In this document: positions 1 to 12,123 of the stretch, in pieces
Position numbering within the stretch: position 1 is the first letter of the stretch
Layout: every line of letters starts with the position of its first letter
Source of the DNA: Folioceros fuciformis
Lineage: Eukaryota
Direction of reading: 5' to 3'
DNA: 42,324 nt
NCBI GenBank assembly: GCA_049999805.1
Contig: JBNGIO010006081.1
Coordinates: 141,327-183,650, forward strand
Position numbers and translations under genes: made by a program
Notes under the pieces: model-generated
Seen by the model: only the letters and a program-made list of their open reading frames with translations
Told to the model about the DNA's origin: nothing
Database searches by the model: none

Positions 1-107
1 ACTTTCCATATGTGCAAGCTCCACCCAGGCCGCCTGCAAAATAACCCGCCATGCAACAACACTCCCTTCCTTAAACCGGGCTAGGAAACGTAGCAGGCTA
101 TCGAAGA

Positions 108-807
108 GTGCATCTAAACTTTCATATACCTATATTGACCTTACGAAAAAAAAAGCCAAATCCAAGGTGGAAAGTCCACCATATTGTGCAATTGATACAT
201 GTCACGGGCTCATTGGATGCTAAGGCTGTCGTGTTTGATTCATGCAACTTAAAGCTTCTAGTTGTAGGCTTCGTAACTTTTGGCTTATGCTTTTTGATGT
301 GCAGGCATTAACATTTAGGGCAAAGTGGCCACCAAAATTTCGTCAATATGCTACGACTTTAATAAAACTGCTGAAGCATGCCAACAGAAGTGGAAGTCCA
401 TTTATAATGAATACAAAGAGGACAAAGCAATTAATGCCACTTCATGGAATGCTAGGTCTGAGACTTATCAATGGTTTGTTTTGGTGGACCAGTATATGCA
501 TTTAAGGGCCCATGTAGTTTGTTTGGCACATGCCGATTCGCATAACCCGCTAGTGGGAGGTTGCAGTTCCAGTAACGTTGATCCCGAAGTTGACATTGTA
601 AGTGCTGGTAGACAAAGTAATGGTAGCGAAGCTTTTGGTGTTGGAAATAAAACCAAGTCAGCTGTTGCTTCCGAGTCCAGTTACGTGGGTAAGGCTATTC
701 AATCCATGGACAATGTGATAGCAGAGATGTCTAGTAGGGAGGATAGGAAGCTTGCACTACTAGAGACGTTAGTTGCAGCACTAATGCGGCGCAATGAGGA
801 TAGCTAA
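108..807 (+). mobile_element. PIF/Harbinger ORF1, Myb/SANT(trihelix)-like DNA-binding protein, probably degenerate
   Basis: ORF 325..807 contains KTAEACQQKWKSIYNEYK...YQWFVLVDQYM (trihelix/Myb-SANT second half) and a C-terminal coiled-coil-like tail. The upstream segment PRWKVHHIVQLI supplies the first helix, and there is an acceptor tgtgcag at about 304. It lies convergent with a Harbinger transposase, the typical PIF/Harbinger two-ORF layout. Confidence 0.7.
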
Positions 808-1243
808 AGTTCTATGCCGTAGAATTGAGATCAATTTGTTGTTTAAGCCTTGGACAAACTTGAATGACATAGACTTTTAAGACAAGGCACGTTCTGGATT
901 GCGCACATCATGGATGGTTATCTTAGAAGTAACATGCTCTTATTTCCTATTCTTCACCCTCTTATTTCCTATTCTTCACCATCCCCCTCTACTAAACGAA
1001 TGCCCCTACTTGTAAATAGCGCTGATGCAAGAAGCTCTTGCTTTCTCATTCCTTCCCGATACCCCCCTGTGTCAAATTCAGCTCCATCAAGGGGTGACAT
1101 GGCATCCTCTTAGGGTGGATGCCTTACATCCAATCGAATATGGTGGAGCAAAGCTAAAGCATCCTATGCTGCTAATGCTGCTTGCCTTTGTGGATTGTCA
1201 GTATATGAACACCCAATTGCAGTTCACACTCTATAACAACTTC

Positions 1244-2011
1244 CTATAGCCATTCTTCATGAAACATATCTGTATGTATGGTACAAATGTTGTGCAGTAA
1301 TAAACAAGCTTGGACTACCCTGGGCACATTTGCAATGCTAATATCTAGGCGCTTCAACAAGCACCTCCATCTTGCCTTCAAGATGCTAGAAGCTCGTTCT
1401 ACCGCCATGCGAGTGCTACTCTGTGCATAGTTCCAATGCTTTTGCACATATGTCAAGCCATCACGAGAACCACGGAAAGGAGTAAGCAAATACAATCTGG
1501 GCTTGTACCCTGCATCATCAACCAAACTGTAGTGGCGTAGCATGCCTCTTTCGCAGTTACGACCCAACCTTGTTCTCTTAAATAAATTGCAGTGATTCAG
1601 ACTACCTGTCCAACCAAAATCGTAATCCCAAATAATGCATTTTGCAGTGATAGTAAGTTGGAGCAGCTGCGAGTTAAACCCTTTTCCATTGTAGTCTTCT
1701 GCCTTGGCATGTGATGGCCTAAGAATGGGGACATGAGAGCTATCAAGTGCACCAACCACAAAAGGGATACCTTGTAGTGCTTCAAATGTGTCGAGGCTAA
1801 GCAAGGAAATAAAAACAAGAGTGCAATTTAGTGACAAGAGCAACGCAAAAGCCATGCGTAACATTTCCAACAGTAGACATGCTGTACCCAAACAAGTCAC
1901 CAATGGTCACCTGAAGCCAACTGGTAAAGACCATTGCCACTTTCACTTCTACTAGAACCGCTTTGCGGAATTGAGTATCCGTTGTGAAAAGAGACGGCCC
2001 CGCTTCATCTG
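1244..2011 (-). mobile_element. PIF/Harbinger DDE transposase (DDE_Tnp_4/HARBI1-like), frameshifted pseudogene
   Basis: Motifs VVGALDSSHVPI, YNGKGFNSQLLQ, DDAGY..LLTPF, WNYAQSSTRMAVERA..LKARWRCL and ACLLLHNIC. The upstream HTH part is found in shifted frames at about 1800-1980 (DTQFRKAVLVEVKVA / LYQLASGD / TIGDLFGYSMSTV). Multiple frameshifts; N-terminus truncated. Confidence 0.88.
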
Positions 2012-2454
2012 TTTACAGGAAGATGTTGTGCTCTGGTTAGTAACTTGTGTAATCAGAATAAGAATAATTTACAAATAATATGAGAGACAATAATTGAATA
2101 GAACTTAGCCGGAGCATTGGGAAATAAGAAGTGATATAGGTACATATACATACGCACAATTATGCATATGTATATTATTCTGGGGGATTTGGCAATTCGG
2201 AGATTAGACGAGTGATGTTATGGATATTCATATGGTATGTATCTTGCAAGAGGAAGAGGAGGTACGGAGGAAGGTAGAGTACTTTGAAGCACAGGTCCAG
2301 GTGTGCGTATGGTACAGCATGGGACGTGCAACACTGAAACCTATTACGTGGCGCTGGCACTTGCTATTAGGGCCGCCAGTGGGAACGTGGTATTTATAGG
2401 GACAGTGAAGTGGGCGCCGCTGTTTGAATGGGTACCAGATTTTTTTAGACCGGG

Positions 2455-2995
2455 TCAGTAGTCAGTGCAGTACACAGTATTGTCAGCCGCGGGGGCCGCG
2501 TAGGAGTAGGAGTCGAAGTCGGAGTCGGAGTCGGAGTCGGCGACGGGAAGTCGAACCCGGAGTGTCTGGCGGGGTGGAATTCGAAGCTGCGTCACCCGCC
2601 TGGCACATGAGGCGCCGCAGGTGGTGTCNNNNNNNNNNNNNNNNNNNNNNNNNNNNNNNNNNNNNNNNNNNNNNNNNNNNNNNNNNNNNNNNNNNNNNNN
2701 NNNNNNNNNNNNNNNNNNNNNNNNNNNNGTAGCAGCCAGGCACCACTGCCAGCCAGCCAGCCACCCACCCACCCAACCAGCCGGCGATAATCATTCGTCT
2801 ATCGCTCCCGCTTTGTCCTCTGCACTGCCACTGCACCGATGCTCTTGCAAGCGGCACTGTAGCGCGATCGGCCTCTGCGTGCCGATCAGCGTTGGTCGTG
2901 CTGCCGCTCGCAGCATCGAAGGCGGGAGTCGGGACAGCGAAATGCGAACGATAGAAGCGCGGGGGCCGAGAGCGATGCCTTCCCCTGTCAGCCAT
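2455..2995 (-). CDS. possible hypothetical gene spanning an assembly gap (MADRGRHRSRPPRFYRSHF...)
   Basis: ATG at 2995 is in good context (cacc ATG G) after a CT-rich leader, in GC-rich open frames. It is interrupted by 100 Ns (2629-2728) and has no recognisable domain. Confidence 0.25.
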
Positions 2996-4203
2996 GGTGA
3001 AAGTGAAGGTGAAAAGGGAGCTGCAGCCTGAAGCGCCTGCGTGCATGGAGGTGGGGAAAAGGATGGCACCCAAAGCTGTTTTGCCGCACAAGAGTCTTCT
3101 GCTGCTACAGTGAGCCTGTCTGTGATGCTACAGGGGCCGCCACTCCTTCTCGTGTTTCTCTTGCTGCGGCAGGAGAAGGGAGGGGTAAAGATAGTGCGCG
3201 TTGCACGGCAGGGGCAAATTTCTTGCTGCCGCTGCCGCTGCTGCTGCTGCTGCTGCACTGTTGTGTGTGTGGAAGTGGTAGGTGGCTTCGGTACAGCACT
3301 GGGGCCCGGGGCCGCGCCGCGTGATTACCGTTGCTGCCGGTGGAGCTTATCCCCGCGTGCTAAGCATGCTTGCAAGAAAGCAAGCGATCGTGTGATGCGA
3401 GATGGAGGAGGTCTCTGGCACTGGCAGGCGCAGGCATGCGCGCTCTGCTTAGTGTGGAATTGAACAGTTCTGACAGCGGGGGAAGTGGCCGGCCCCTGGA
3501 ACAGCAGCGCGGTGTGTACGGGCAGCTGCGGGCTCGTGGCTGGCAAATCCCAAGGCCGCTTCCCGAAAGCCGGGAATTCGGCGTGCGCGGGCGCTTGCGT
3601 GCTTGCAATTTGTTGCCGTGGAAAAAGTTTCCTGATCGGGGACGCTTCCTCCCACTTTCTGGCGCGCCCCCCGGGTCTGGATCGGATGCTGTTCTGCTCG
3701 TCGGTGTCTGGAGGGATTTTAGCGTCCGCGCTGACCGCGCGCGAGCTCGTGGAGCAGCAGGATGCGCCCGCCGGATGACGGCTTTTGCGACGGACGACGA
3801 GATCTGGCATGCGGACGAGGTATTAGTGAAGCGCGCGAGGGGAATGTGTCGAACGTGAGGAAGCATGGCAGTGAGTTTCGATGGCGGGGGTCCGATGTCT
3901 TCTCGTGAAGCCCGTGGCCGCGTTGCGTCTATTAAGTTCGCCAATTCTTCGTGGCATGGGGCCTGGTGGCCATCGAAGGCCCAGACTGGGAGAACCTGCA
4001 CCGACGTAGGAGTAGCCTTGACATGTTTTAGCAAATTTGCAGGATTTTTGGTTGATGCACGGGAGCTCCAATCAGGCGCACCGCACAATTGCGTTGGAGA
4101 ATCAGCATTGCAGTACACAGGGCTCTGCTAGTTGTATGGCCACAGTCATCGTGATGGTTTTAGGTCACCTTGTTTGTTGAAGGAAGACTCAGGTTTATTC
4201 TTT

Positions 4204-7200
4204 ATGTTGATGGGAAAGGATAACTCCTCGCTGCGATGGTTCCTGCTCATGTATCAGCTGCTTTTCCTCGTTGCAGCGTGTTGCGCACAGGGAAATGCTC
4301 CAGCTCCTGGCCCTTCGGTTTTAGCAGACACTCAGGAGGCAGAGGCCATGCTCAGTCTCAGGTGGGATTTGCACATCAAGGATCGGCAATGGTCGAAGCG
4401 CACTGATCCGTGCTACAACTGGACCGGCGTAACTTGCGATTCCCAGGGGCATGTTGTGGGAATCAATCTCACAGGACTGATCAGGAACCTTCTTGGTCGG
4501 GCCAACGCTTCGTTTGCTCTCGATGCTCTTCAAAGACTTCCGTTTTTGCAGATCTTCAATGCATCTGGATTCACTCTCCGGGGAACTTTCCCTGACTGGT
4601 TTGGGAGCTTGCGGTCCCTGGTTCTTTTGGATTTTACTTCCACATCCGTGAATGGGACCATTCCTGCTTCTTTTGGGAATTTGACAAACGTCACTGTTAT
4701 GTCATTGGCGGATAACAACCTCAGTGGACCAATCCCTTCCTCATTAGGGAATCTGATTGGTATCAAAGCTCTTAACTTATCCCTTAATGGTCTTACTGGA
4801 GAAATCCCGGCCACTTTAGAGAGTGTGAAAAACATAACAGTGCTGGATCTATCACGCAACCAGTTGGAAGGATTATTTCTGGAGACGATAACGAAGCTTT
4901 CTCAGATACAGGAACTACATCTTGCAGGCAACCGCTTCACAGGCAACATTCCTGCAGAGATTGGGAACCTGGTTGCTTTGGCTAATTTGGATTTGAGTTC
5001 GAATGCTGTCTTTGGCCCTTGTCCTCTAGAGTTGGGAAACCTTGTGAATCTCCGCAGCCTTAACCTGTCACACAACTTTCTGAATGGCAACATCCCTGAC
5101 TTAGGAGCCTTGGACAGCCTTTCTGTCATGGACCTTTCCTATAATAATTTTTCAGGGACTCTGCCTCTGAACTTCCCAGTCCCAGCGAATGTTGAAAGCA
5201 TATTGCTGTCAAGCAATCTATTGTATGGACCTATTCCTGGCCTGCTTTTAAGTTCACCAAGCCTCTCTCTGCTGAACGTATCTAGCAATTACTTCAATGG
5301 CAACTTGCCTCTGACGAATTCTGTAGAGTCCTTTCTCTATGATGATAACTGTTTAGCAGGTGCACCAGGGCAGCGGTCTTCAACTGATTGTCAGTCCTTT
5401 TACTTGGGGGTAGGGACTGTTGCGGATAATCCTCAATCCACTGGCCCCATACTTCCACCACCTAGTGGCAAACACAGCAATCGGCTTGCAACGTTAATCG
5501 GAGTCGCTTCAGGGATAGCTGTGATTGCTATTATTATCACTTTGCTTTTGTTCTACTTGAGGTACGAGAGAAGATCGACTGCTGGTAAGGAAGTTGATCA
5601 CACTAGTGATAGGGGACAAGGAGCCCTGTCAAGAGCTGTGGCAGGGATGACTAAGGGAGAAACATTCTCGTATGCTGAGCTGCAGAGGGCTACTCAGCAC
5701 TTTAGTGCGGCGAATTTGATCACTGTAGGTCACTCTGGCGACCTATACAAGGGCTTCCTGGATGAGGGTGCACCAATAGTTGTGAAGCGAGTGAATTTCA
5801 GCAGAAACAAGAGGGAGGGGTTTGTTGCGGAGCTTGAGCTTTTCCGCAAAGCTTCACACACGAGACTCATTCCTCTCATCGGACACTGTCTTGAACGAGA
5901 GGATGAAAAGTTCCTTGTCTATAAATTCATGCCCAATAGTGATTTAGGTTATGCCCTGCGCAAAAAGGACAGCCCTAGTCCACCAGGAGACACAGTGCAG
6001 TCGTTGGACTGGATAACCCGCCTGAAAATTGCACTTGGAGCTGCCGAGGGTCTCGCGTACTTGCATCATGAATGTTCTCCAGCGTTCGTTCACAGGTTAT
6101 ACTCGGCTTTCTGGTTCTGAACTTGTTCTTAGGGTTTTCCTTTTACATAGCTATTAGATTTGGTACTTGTACTTATCTGCTGATGGAAACCTGTGTGTGG
6201 CAGGGACATCAAGGCCAGTAGCATACTGCTGGATGACAAGTTTGAAGTGAGGCTTGGAAGCCTGAGTGAAGCTTGTCCACAGCAAAGGGAGTCCCATTCT
6301 AGGCGAATATCACAGCTATTTCGTATATCGCAGTAAGTCTCCTGGTTTCTGCTATAGCTCCTTAAACAAGATGCAGATTTGCGTTTTCTCGAGAATAGTG
6401 GACAAGTTTTGCAACTGCTTGCAGCATCTCGAGAGGAATGGGAGATTCAATGCGCGATAGAAATGCAGTGACCTGTTTATTGCAGTTTCTTTCAAATACT
6501 GACTGTCTGTGTGGATGTTGCTTGGATTACAGATCAGCCAAGCAAGGTGATCCAGGTGTGTACAATTTTGGTTGGTGGCCATACTACAGAGGAAGTGTGT
6601 TTTTAGGACCTTTTCTGATATAAAGTTATGTTCTGCAGGAATACCTGTTCCATCATGTTCCTATGATGTTTTCTGCTTTGGGAAAGTGCTGTTAGAGCTT
6701 GTTTCTGGAAACCTTGGCATCAGCTGTTCAGAGGAGGGGGTTGATGCCTGGCTTGAATGGGCTCTGCCTCTCATTAAACCCGATGATAAGGATTCCATCT
6801 TAAAGCTGCTAGATCCGTCTCTAAATGTAGAGGAAGACCTGCTGGAGGAGGTGTGGGCCATGGGAATCATAGCGAAGTCCTGCCTTCACCCAAGGCCCTC
6901 AAAGAGACCTAACATGCGTCATATATCCAAGGCTTTGGAGAATCCGTCACGAGTGGTTAGAGAAGATAATGGCAGCGGCAGAATCAGATCCTCTCCCCGT
7001 AGCTCACGCAGTGGAATTTTCTTCGAGAGTTGGCGGCATAGCTCATCTGAAACTGTTATTATCCCAGGTACTCTCAGGGAAGAATACTCTATAGATATCA
7101 ATCCTAGATACACAACAGGAACGTCTGCATCCCAAGGTTCACAAGGAGAGAACGCTAACAGGAAGACAGGTTCAAGTGAAATATTTCCTGAACCTGTCGA

Positions 7201-7222
7201 TGACAGAACCAGATATAAGTAA
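4204..7222 (+). CDS. LRR receptor-like kinase, subfamily LRR-XIV (At2g16250-like), atypical kinase domain
   Basis: Signal peptide, LRRNT (DPCYNWTGVTC), plant LxxLxLSxNxLxGxIP repeats, TM helix, then kinase with GHSGDLYKG, VVKR and HRDIKASSILLDDKFEVRLGSLSE. Exons 4204-6095, 6204-6332, 6533-6555 and 6639-7222 join in frame with GT-AG introns. Confidence 0.93.
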
Positions 7223-7669
7223 CGGGGGTGCCTCAGCATCGAAGCAGTGATTTGCGGCAGACTGTCAACGGTTGGACGGAGATGATTCACCTGGAGAGTG
7301 TGTAAAGCTAGAGCAGGCTTGGTGATTTTTTGGCCTTTCCTGTTGGCTGGGTTGGCGTTGAGAGGGAAATCAGCTGCCGCTCAACAAGAGTTCAGTTACA
7401 ATAACACAGGTGGACCCGAGTTTTTTATGTGGTCTGCCAGCCGTCACGTCACTAGAGAAATCTCGTGGGAACAATTCTCACGCTGCTTTGTCTGTCTTGT
7501 CTTGTCTCACCCCGCTTGGTCTCTCTACCCTGCCTAGAGTGTGAGGGAATATTGTACAGATGGCATGGAGAAGTACACTGAAGGAGAAACACAGAAGGAA
7601 TGTCTCGTTGTCAGTACCGTGTACATAATTGACAAGCAGTTAGTTGCACACGCGCGTGGTCCACACACA

Positions 7670-9024
7670 TTACGGAGTGACCTCGAACTCGCCTGTAACC
7701 GAGACTAAAGGCGTGACTACGTCTAGCTTGCATATTTGCACCCCGGACATTCCAAATTGCCTTTCCACCAGGTCAGTTTTCCTTTCTCCCGGCCTTGTGC
7801 TGTCGACCGAGTAGACATGAAGAGTCCTCCCTTCGTCTTTCACCTCCAAACACAAGCCGACCGGCTTACCGGACTTCGGCCCCCACAGCTGCAGAAAGCC
7901 GTCGCGGACGGAAACGGAGAGCTCGGGAATCCCGCTGCTGAGATTCCACTGCTGTGGAAGAATGTCGGTGAGAGCGCCCGAAATCAGAGGGCTGGAAAGG
8001 CTGTCACCACCAGTACCGCTATGGTGTCACCGTCCGCTGGCACACCAAATGTCCAAGACTCCAAGGCCAATGAAAGAGACAAAACCTGGTATTGAGATCC
8101 TTCTCTTGAATGCCGATGGATGCAATCACGCTGAACGGTTGCAACAACGGCTTATTGCCGCCGAATTGGAACGTGAGAGGGGAGGATGTCATATCAACAA
8201 TCGTCAGTGCCAAACCCTGCGGAAGCATGATTCGTCACCAGCTCTGCTAATTTCTTCCACTACGGAAGGTGAGCAGTATCCTCACAAAGATAGATACCTT
8301 GTACACGACTCCCTTCGCAAACACTCGGACTCCCTTCACCTGGCCAGTAAGGAGCTCCTGATTCCTCCCTGCCACCGATATCTTGAGCTCCGCGCAGGTC
8401 TCAAGCTGCGAGCGCGGAAGATTTGTCACGTCTGGCGTTACAGAAACAAGTAGCTTGGAAAATGCAGGACGTGCGGCACCTGCGCGCGGACATAAGCGTG
8501 CAGCGCCTTCTCTATGATGGATCCGAAGAAGCTCCCTGAATCGGCGGGCAATTCTGGTTCTTCATGGCGCAAGACAGCCTGAATGTGAAGTCTAGCAAAA
8601 CATTTGAAGCCCGCGCTCCTAGGCACCCGCCAGCCTGTGTCTTGCGTTCTGGAAAGAGGCTTACACCTGACAAAAAATTCAGGAGCTTTCCCTGGAAAGC
8701 GAGGGAGTCACAGTGAATGAGTGAAATGACGGCACCGGGAATCGTGGCTCCAATCAGGCTGGATTGGCACCGGATGTAACTGGCTGCCTGGTCGCACCCC
8801 CGGAAAATGTTGGCCCAGTGATCGTAGTCGACTTGGGCGAAGAAGAGGGGGGCAGGGAGGCGAGGCAGAGGGAGAAGCATCCGACAGCAAGGACCCGAAT
8901 AATCGGGGATTCCACGAGACCAAATTACCAACCTGAAGGAGCCCGGAAGAAGGTCCGGGCGCAGCTCAGATCTAAGTGGCGCGTCGTGAGTGGTGGAACA
9001 GCAAGCGCCGGCTGCAGCGTCCAT
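7670..9024 (-). CDS. DUF2993 / LmeA-like phospholipid-binding domain protein, probably plastid-targeted
   Basis: Exons 8578-8480, 8405-8298, 8216-8086 and 8000-7670 splice in frame to give YVRAQLETCAELKISVAGRNQELLTGQVKGVRVFAKGVVYKGLALTIVDM...PLLQPFSVIASIGIQEKDLNTSLSSPLI...VSVTGEFEVTP*, which resembles cyanobacterial DUF2993 proteins. The 5' structure is uncertain (ATG 9024; either read-through to 8665 or exons 9024-8933, 8831-8771 and 8691-8665). Confidence 0.75.
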
Positions 9025-9314
9025 CGATGGCTTGACTGTGCCGCCATCGATGCGAAGAGGCGCGGGAGGACTGATCATTCTTCACTGCGGGAGGTTTTAG
9101 GGATTGCGCGGCTGCCTACCCTGGGGCTGCTTGCTCAGAGGTTTAGCCAACCACGCGAGCTCGCTGTGCATAGTCTGTACACCTCCACCCGCGCCTCCCC
9201 ACGTGTTGCTCTCCCCCTGGAACACCGCTTTTCGGGACGGGGCGAATCGCGATTGCCGAATTCCTGCCCACAAATCATGCGAATGCACCGTGCGCGGTGT
9301 CGCCATCATTAACT

Positions 9315-10993
9315 ATGAGTGCACCACATGCCCAGGCTGCTCTTCCGCAGGCGGAGATTAACTGGGACAGGTACGGATGCTGCCTTGGTCCTAACGTTTG
9401 CCATGTGATGCTTAAGCTTGGATTGGACCGCCAAGCCCGTAGATGACTGTCTATCTCGCTGCTGCTAAGATTGGGATCATTTTGCTTGGATAGGGTTGGT
9501 GGTGAATCCGTTTCTGCTTCTGCTGCCACTCCCGCCTCCTGTTGAGGTTACTCTGCTGCGTTGATTGTGCAGATTGGATAAGTCCAAATTTTTCTGGACA
9601 GGGGCAGGCCTGTTTTCGGGAGTGTCTGCTTTCCTGTATCCTATAACAGTCATCAAGACAAGGTCGCAGGTTGGTTCTGGAGATTCCAGCTACAAGTCAG
9701 CTCCGGCAATCTTCAAGCATATTCTTCGGACCGATGGATTTCGAGGATTTTATCGTGGGTTTGGGACTGTTATCACGGGGTTGATTCCTAGCAGGGTCAT
9801 TTTCATGACAGCCCTGGAGACTTCCAAGGCAAAGACTTTGGATATTATTAAGGATTTCGACCTTCCGGAAGCGACTCAGGCAGCTGTAGCAAATGGAGTT
9901 GCGGGCCTCGTCTCTTCTGTGTCCTCTCAAGTTATTTTTGTCCCTCTCGACGTGGTAGGTTCACTGGGTCGGTTGCTTGTCTTCTTGGAGGAAATCAGTG
10001 CACCAGCTAAGTCATTTTGCTGCTGGATCTGTCCTTTCCATGTTCCTGATTTCCTTCAATGTCTACAGGTCAGCCAGAGATTGATGGTGCAGGGCACCCC
10101 AGGTTCTAGACAATATTCAGGAGGGTTGGATGCTTTTCAAAAAATCTGGAGGGCCGATGGCATTCGCGGACTGTACAGGGGTTTTGGTATGTCTGTGCTT
10201 ACCTACTCGCCCAACAGTGCGGTCTGGTGGGCAGCTTATGGATCCAGTCAACGGATTATTTGGAGGTTGGTAACTTGTGTTTTTGCAGTCCCAACCGTGA
10301 ATGATTCAAATATGCGTGCCGGCGCTAGGCATTGACAACATCTGAAGCAAGTTTGTTGTGTTGAAACGGCTGGATGCCAACTTTCCACCACAACGAAATT
10401 GTGCCTACGCATATCTTATGCAATGTGGTCTTATGTAGGGAACTTGGGTTCACTGATGGGAGTAAAAGGGAGTATCCAAGCTTAGCCCAGGTTGTTGGAG
10501 TTCAGGCTACTGGAGGCATTGTTGCAGGTGCTGTGGCGTCGCTGGTGACCACGCCTATGGATACTGTCAAAACTCGCTTACAGGTGAACTTTGGTGATGC
10601 CTGTTTGTAGCCGTACAGTTCTTCCTTGTGTTGATGCAATGCTTACTGTTCTTTCGTTGCATGCAATCTGTCTAATCAGGTGATGGAGCACGAAGGAGAA
10701 GGAAAGCCCAGTGTTGCACAAACTGTGAAGAGGCTTCTGCGTGAGGATGGATGGAAGGGCTTTTACAGAGGTCTGGGTCCACGATTTGTCAGCATGTCGC
10801 TATGGGGAACTTCCATGATTGTGACATACGAGTTTTTGAGTACGTTGTTGGGAAACTTGGGACATCGCTGTGGTTTTGGAGCTTCTGTTTTGAGCTGATG
10901 ACTATCTTTGAATATAAGTTAACGCCAGCATTGTTGTGGGTCTGTGTAACAGAACGGTTTTCCGTGAAGCAGGACGACGATAAGGCTGAGTGA
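9315..10993 (+). CDS. mitochondrial substrate carrier, SLC25A44-like
   Basis: Exons 9315-9370, 9573-9954, 10069-10265, 10439-10583, 10680-10839 and 10953-10993 give EINWDRLDKSKFF and three carrier signature-type repeats (YPITVIKTR, VPLDVVSQR, TPMDTVKTR) followed by G(F/L)YRG motifs. Confidence 0.93.
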
Positions 10994-11558
10994 ACCCGGC
11001 TGTCTCAAGGGTGGAAAAGTTCTTCACCATTGGGTATCCGACGGACTCCACTCATACTTTGTATTCAACCTCGCACGGTTGATCGTCATCGGCATTTGGC
11101 TGACTACTCATCTCACCAGCTTGGAGCAATACCAAGACGGAATGAGCCTGGCCTGGCAAGTGAATGTCTGGGCCGTTCTCACATGCACGATTCGTTAGTT
11201 TCTCAATTCAGATTGGAGCAGGGTCACTTCACGTAGAACCGTGTAATCACTAAATTTATGCTAATTCTTTGGAGGGCCTTCAGAATATTAAAATACCTGG
11301 TCTGCAAGACCATCTCTGGTTGTTCCGCCAGGTATATGTTAGCAACCTTATTTCACAATAATGGAATGTAGGCCAATCGGCCACTGCGTCTTCCATTTTT
11401 CTTCTCACAAGTGGCATGTCCAGTCGTATCAAAAGTAGAATCACTTTTACATCAGACGGAAAATAACTTTCCATGTGGACTCTAGGGATTTGAAAAGTTG
11501 TTAAAATTGGACACATTTGTGTCACTATATATTCCCTTTAATACATGGTAAGTAACAA

Positions 11559-11688
11559 TGCTGGTTTGAGTGCCAAGCAAGTAAGCTCCATGCAGACGCA
11601 GGTTTTGCTGGTTTGAGTGCCAAGCAAGTAAGCTCCATGCAGACGCAGGTTTTGCTGGTTTGAGTGCCAAGCAAGTAAGCTCCATGCA
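11559..11688. repeat. 47-bp tandem repeat, about 2.8 copies, inside the LTR-like element
   Basis: ctggtttgagtgccaagcaagtaagctccatgca recurs at 11561, 11608 and 11655. Confidence 0.95.
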
Positions 11689-11899
11689 CAGGCATGTTTA
11701 GCAGAGCAGGTTACTAAGAGCATGAGAAGCATGCAACCCTAGGAAAAAGGTGTGGTAGTGAATAATAGCTTAAGACTTAAGTAAATGCTTAAGTAAGTTG
11801 TTGCTAAGTTAATGACTTGAGTTTGTGTATAAAAGAGGACCTAGCCAAGGGTTAAGGCAAGTTGAGTACAATGGAGTTGAGATTAGTATCTCCTCAAAA

Positions 11900-12123
11900 C
11901 CTTGAGAGCACTGGGTGCTTGGGCTATGCCTTGAGAGCACTGGGTGCTTGGGCTATGCCTTGAGAGCATGTGTTGCTTGGGCTGTGAGAGCACATAAAAG
12001 GTGCTGTGAAGGAGCTGCGGGAGGAGGTCAAGAGAAGGGAGAGCTAAACTCTTAGCTTAGGCAAAGATGGGGAGGTCAAGAGAAGGGAGAGCTAAACTCC
12101 TCGCTTAGGCAAAGATGGGGAGT
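11900..12123. repeat. 29-bp (x3) and about 48-bp (x2) tandem repeats inside the LTR-like element
   Basis: ccttgagagcactgggtgcttgggctatg at 11900 and 11929, with a diverged third copy at 11958. gaggtcaagagaa(a)gggagagctaaactc...ttaggcaaagatgggga occurs twice from about 12024. Confidence 0.9.

Noticed and set aside
2791..4131. Many overlapping 100-250 aa ORFs on both strands upstream of the LRR-RLK
   Set aside because: GC-rich promoter/5' UTR sequence with few stops and (CTG)n repeats; no domain motifs. A donor at about 3819 suggests a 5' UTR intron of the RLK.
11559..11688. 47-bp repeats as a CRISPR array
   Set aside because: Head-to-tail copies with no unique spacers, no cas genes, eukaryotic context.
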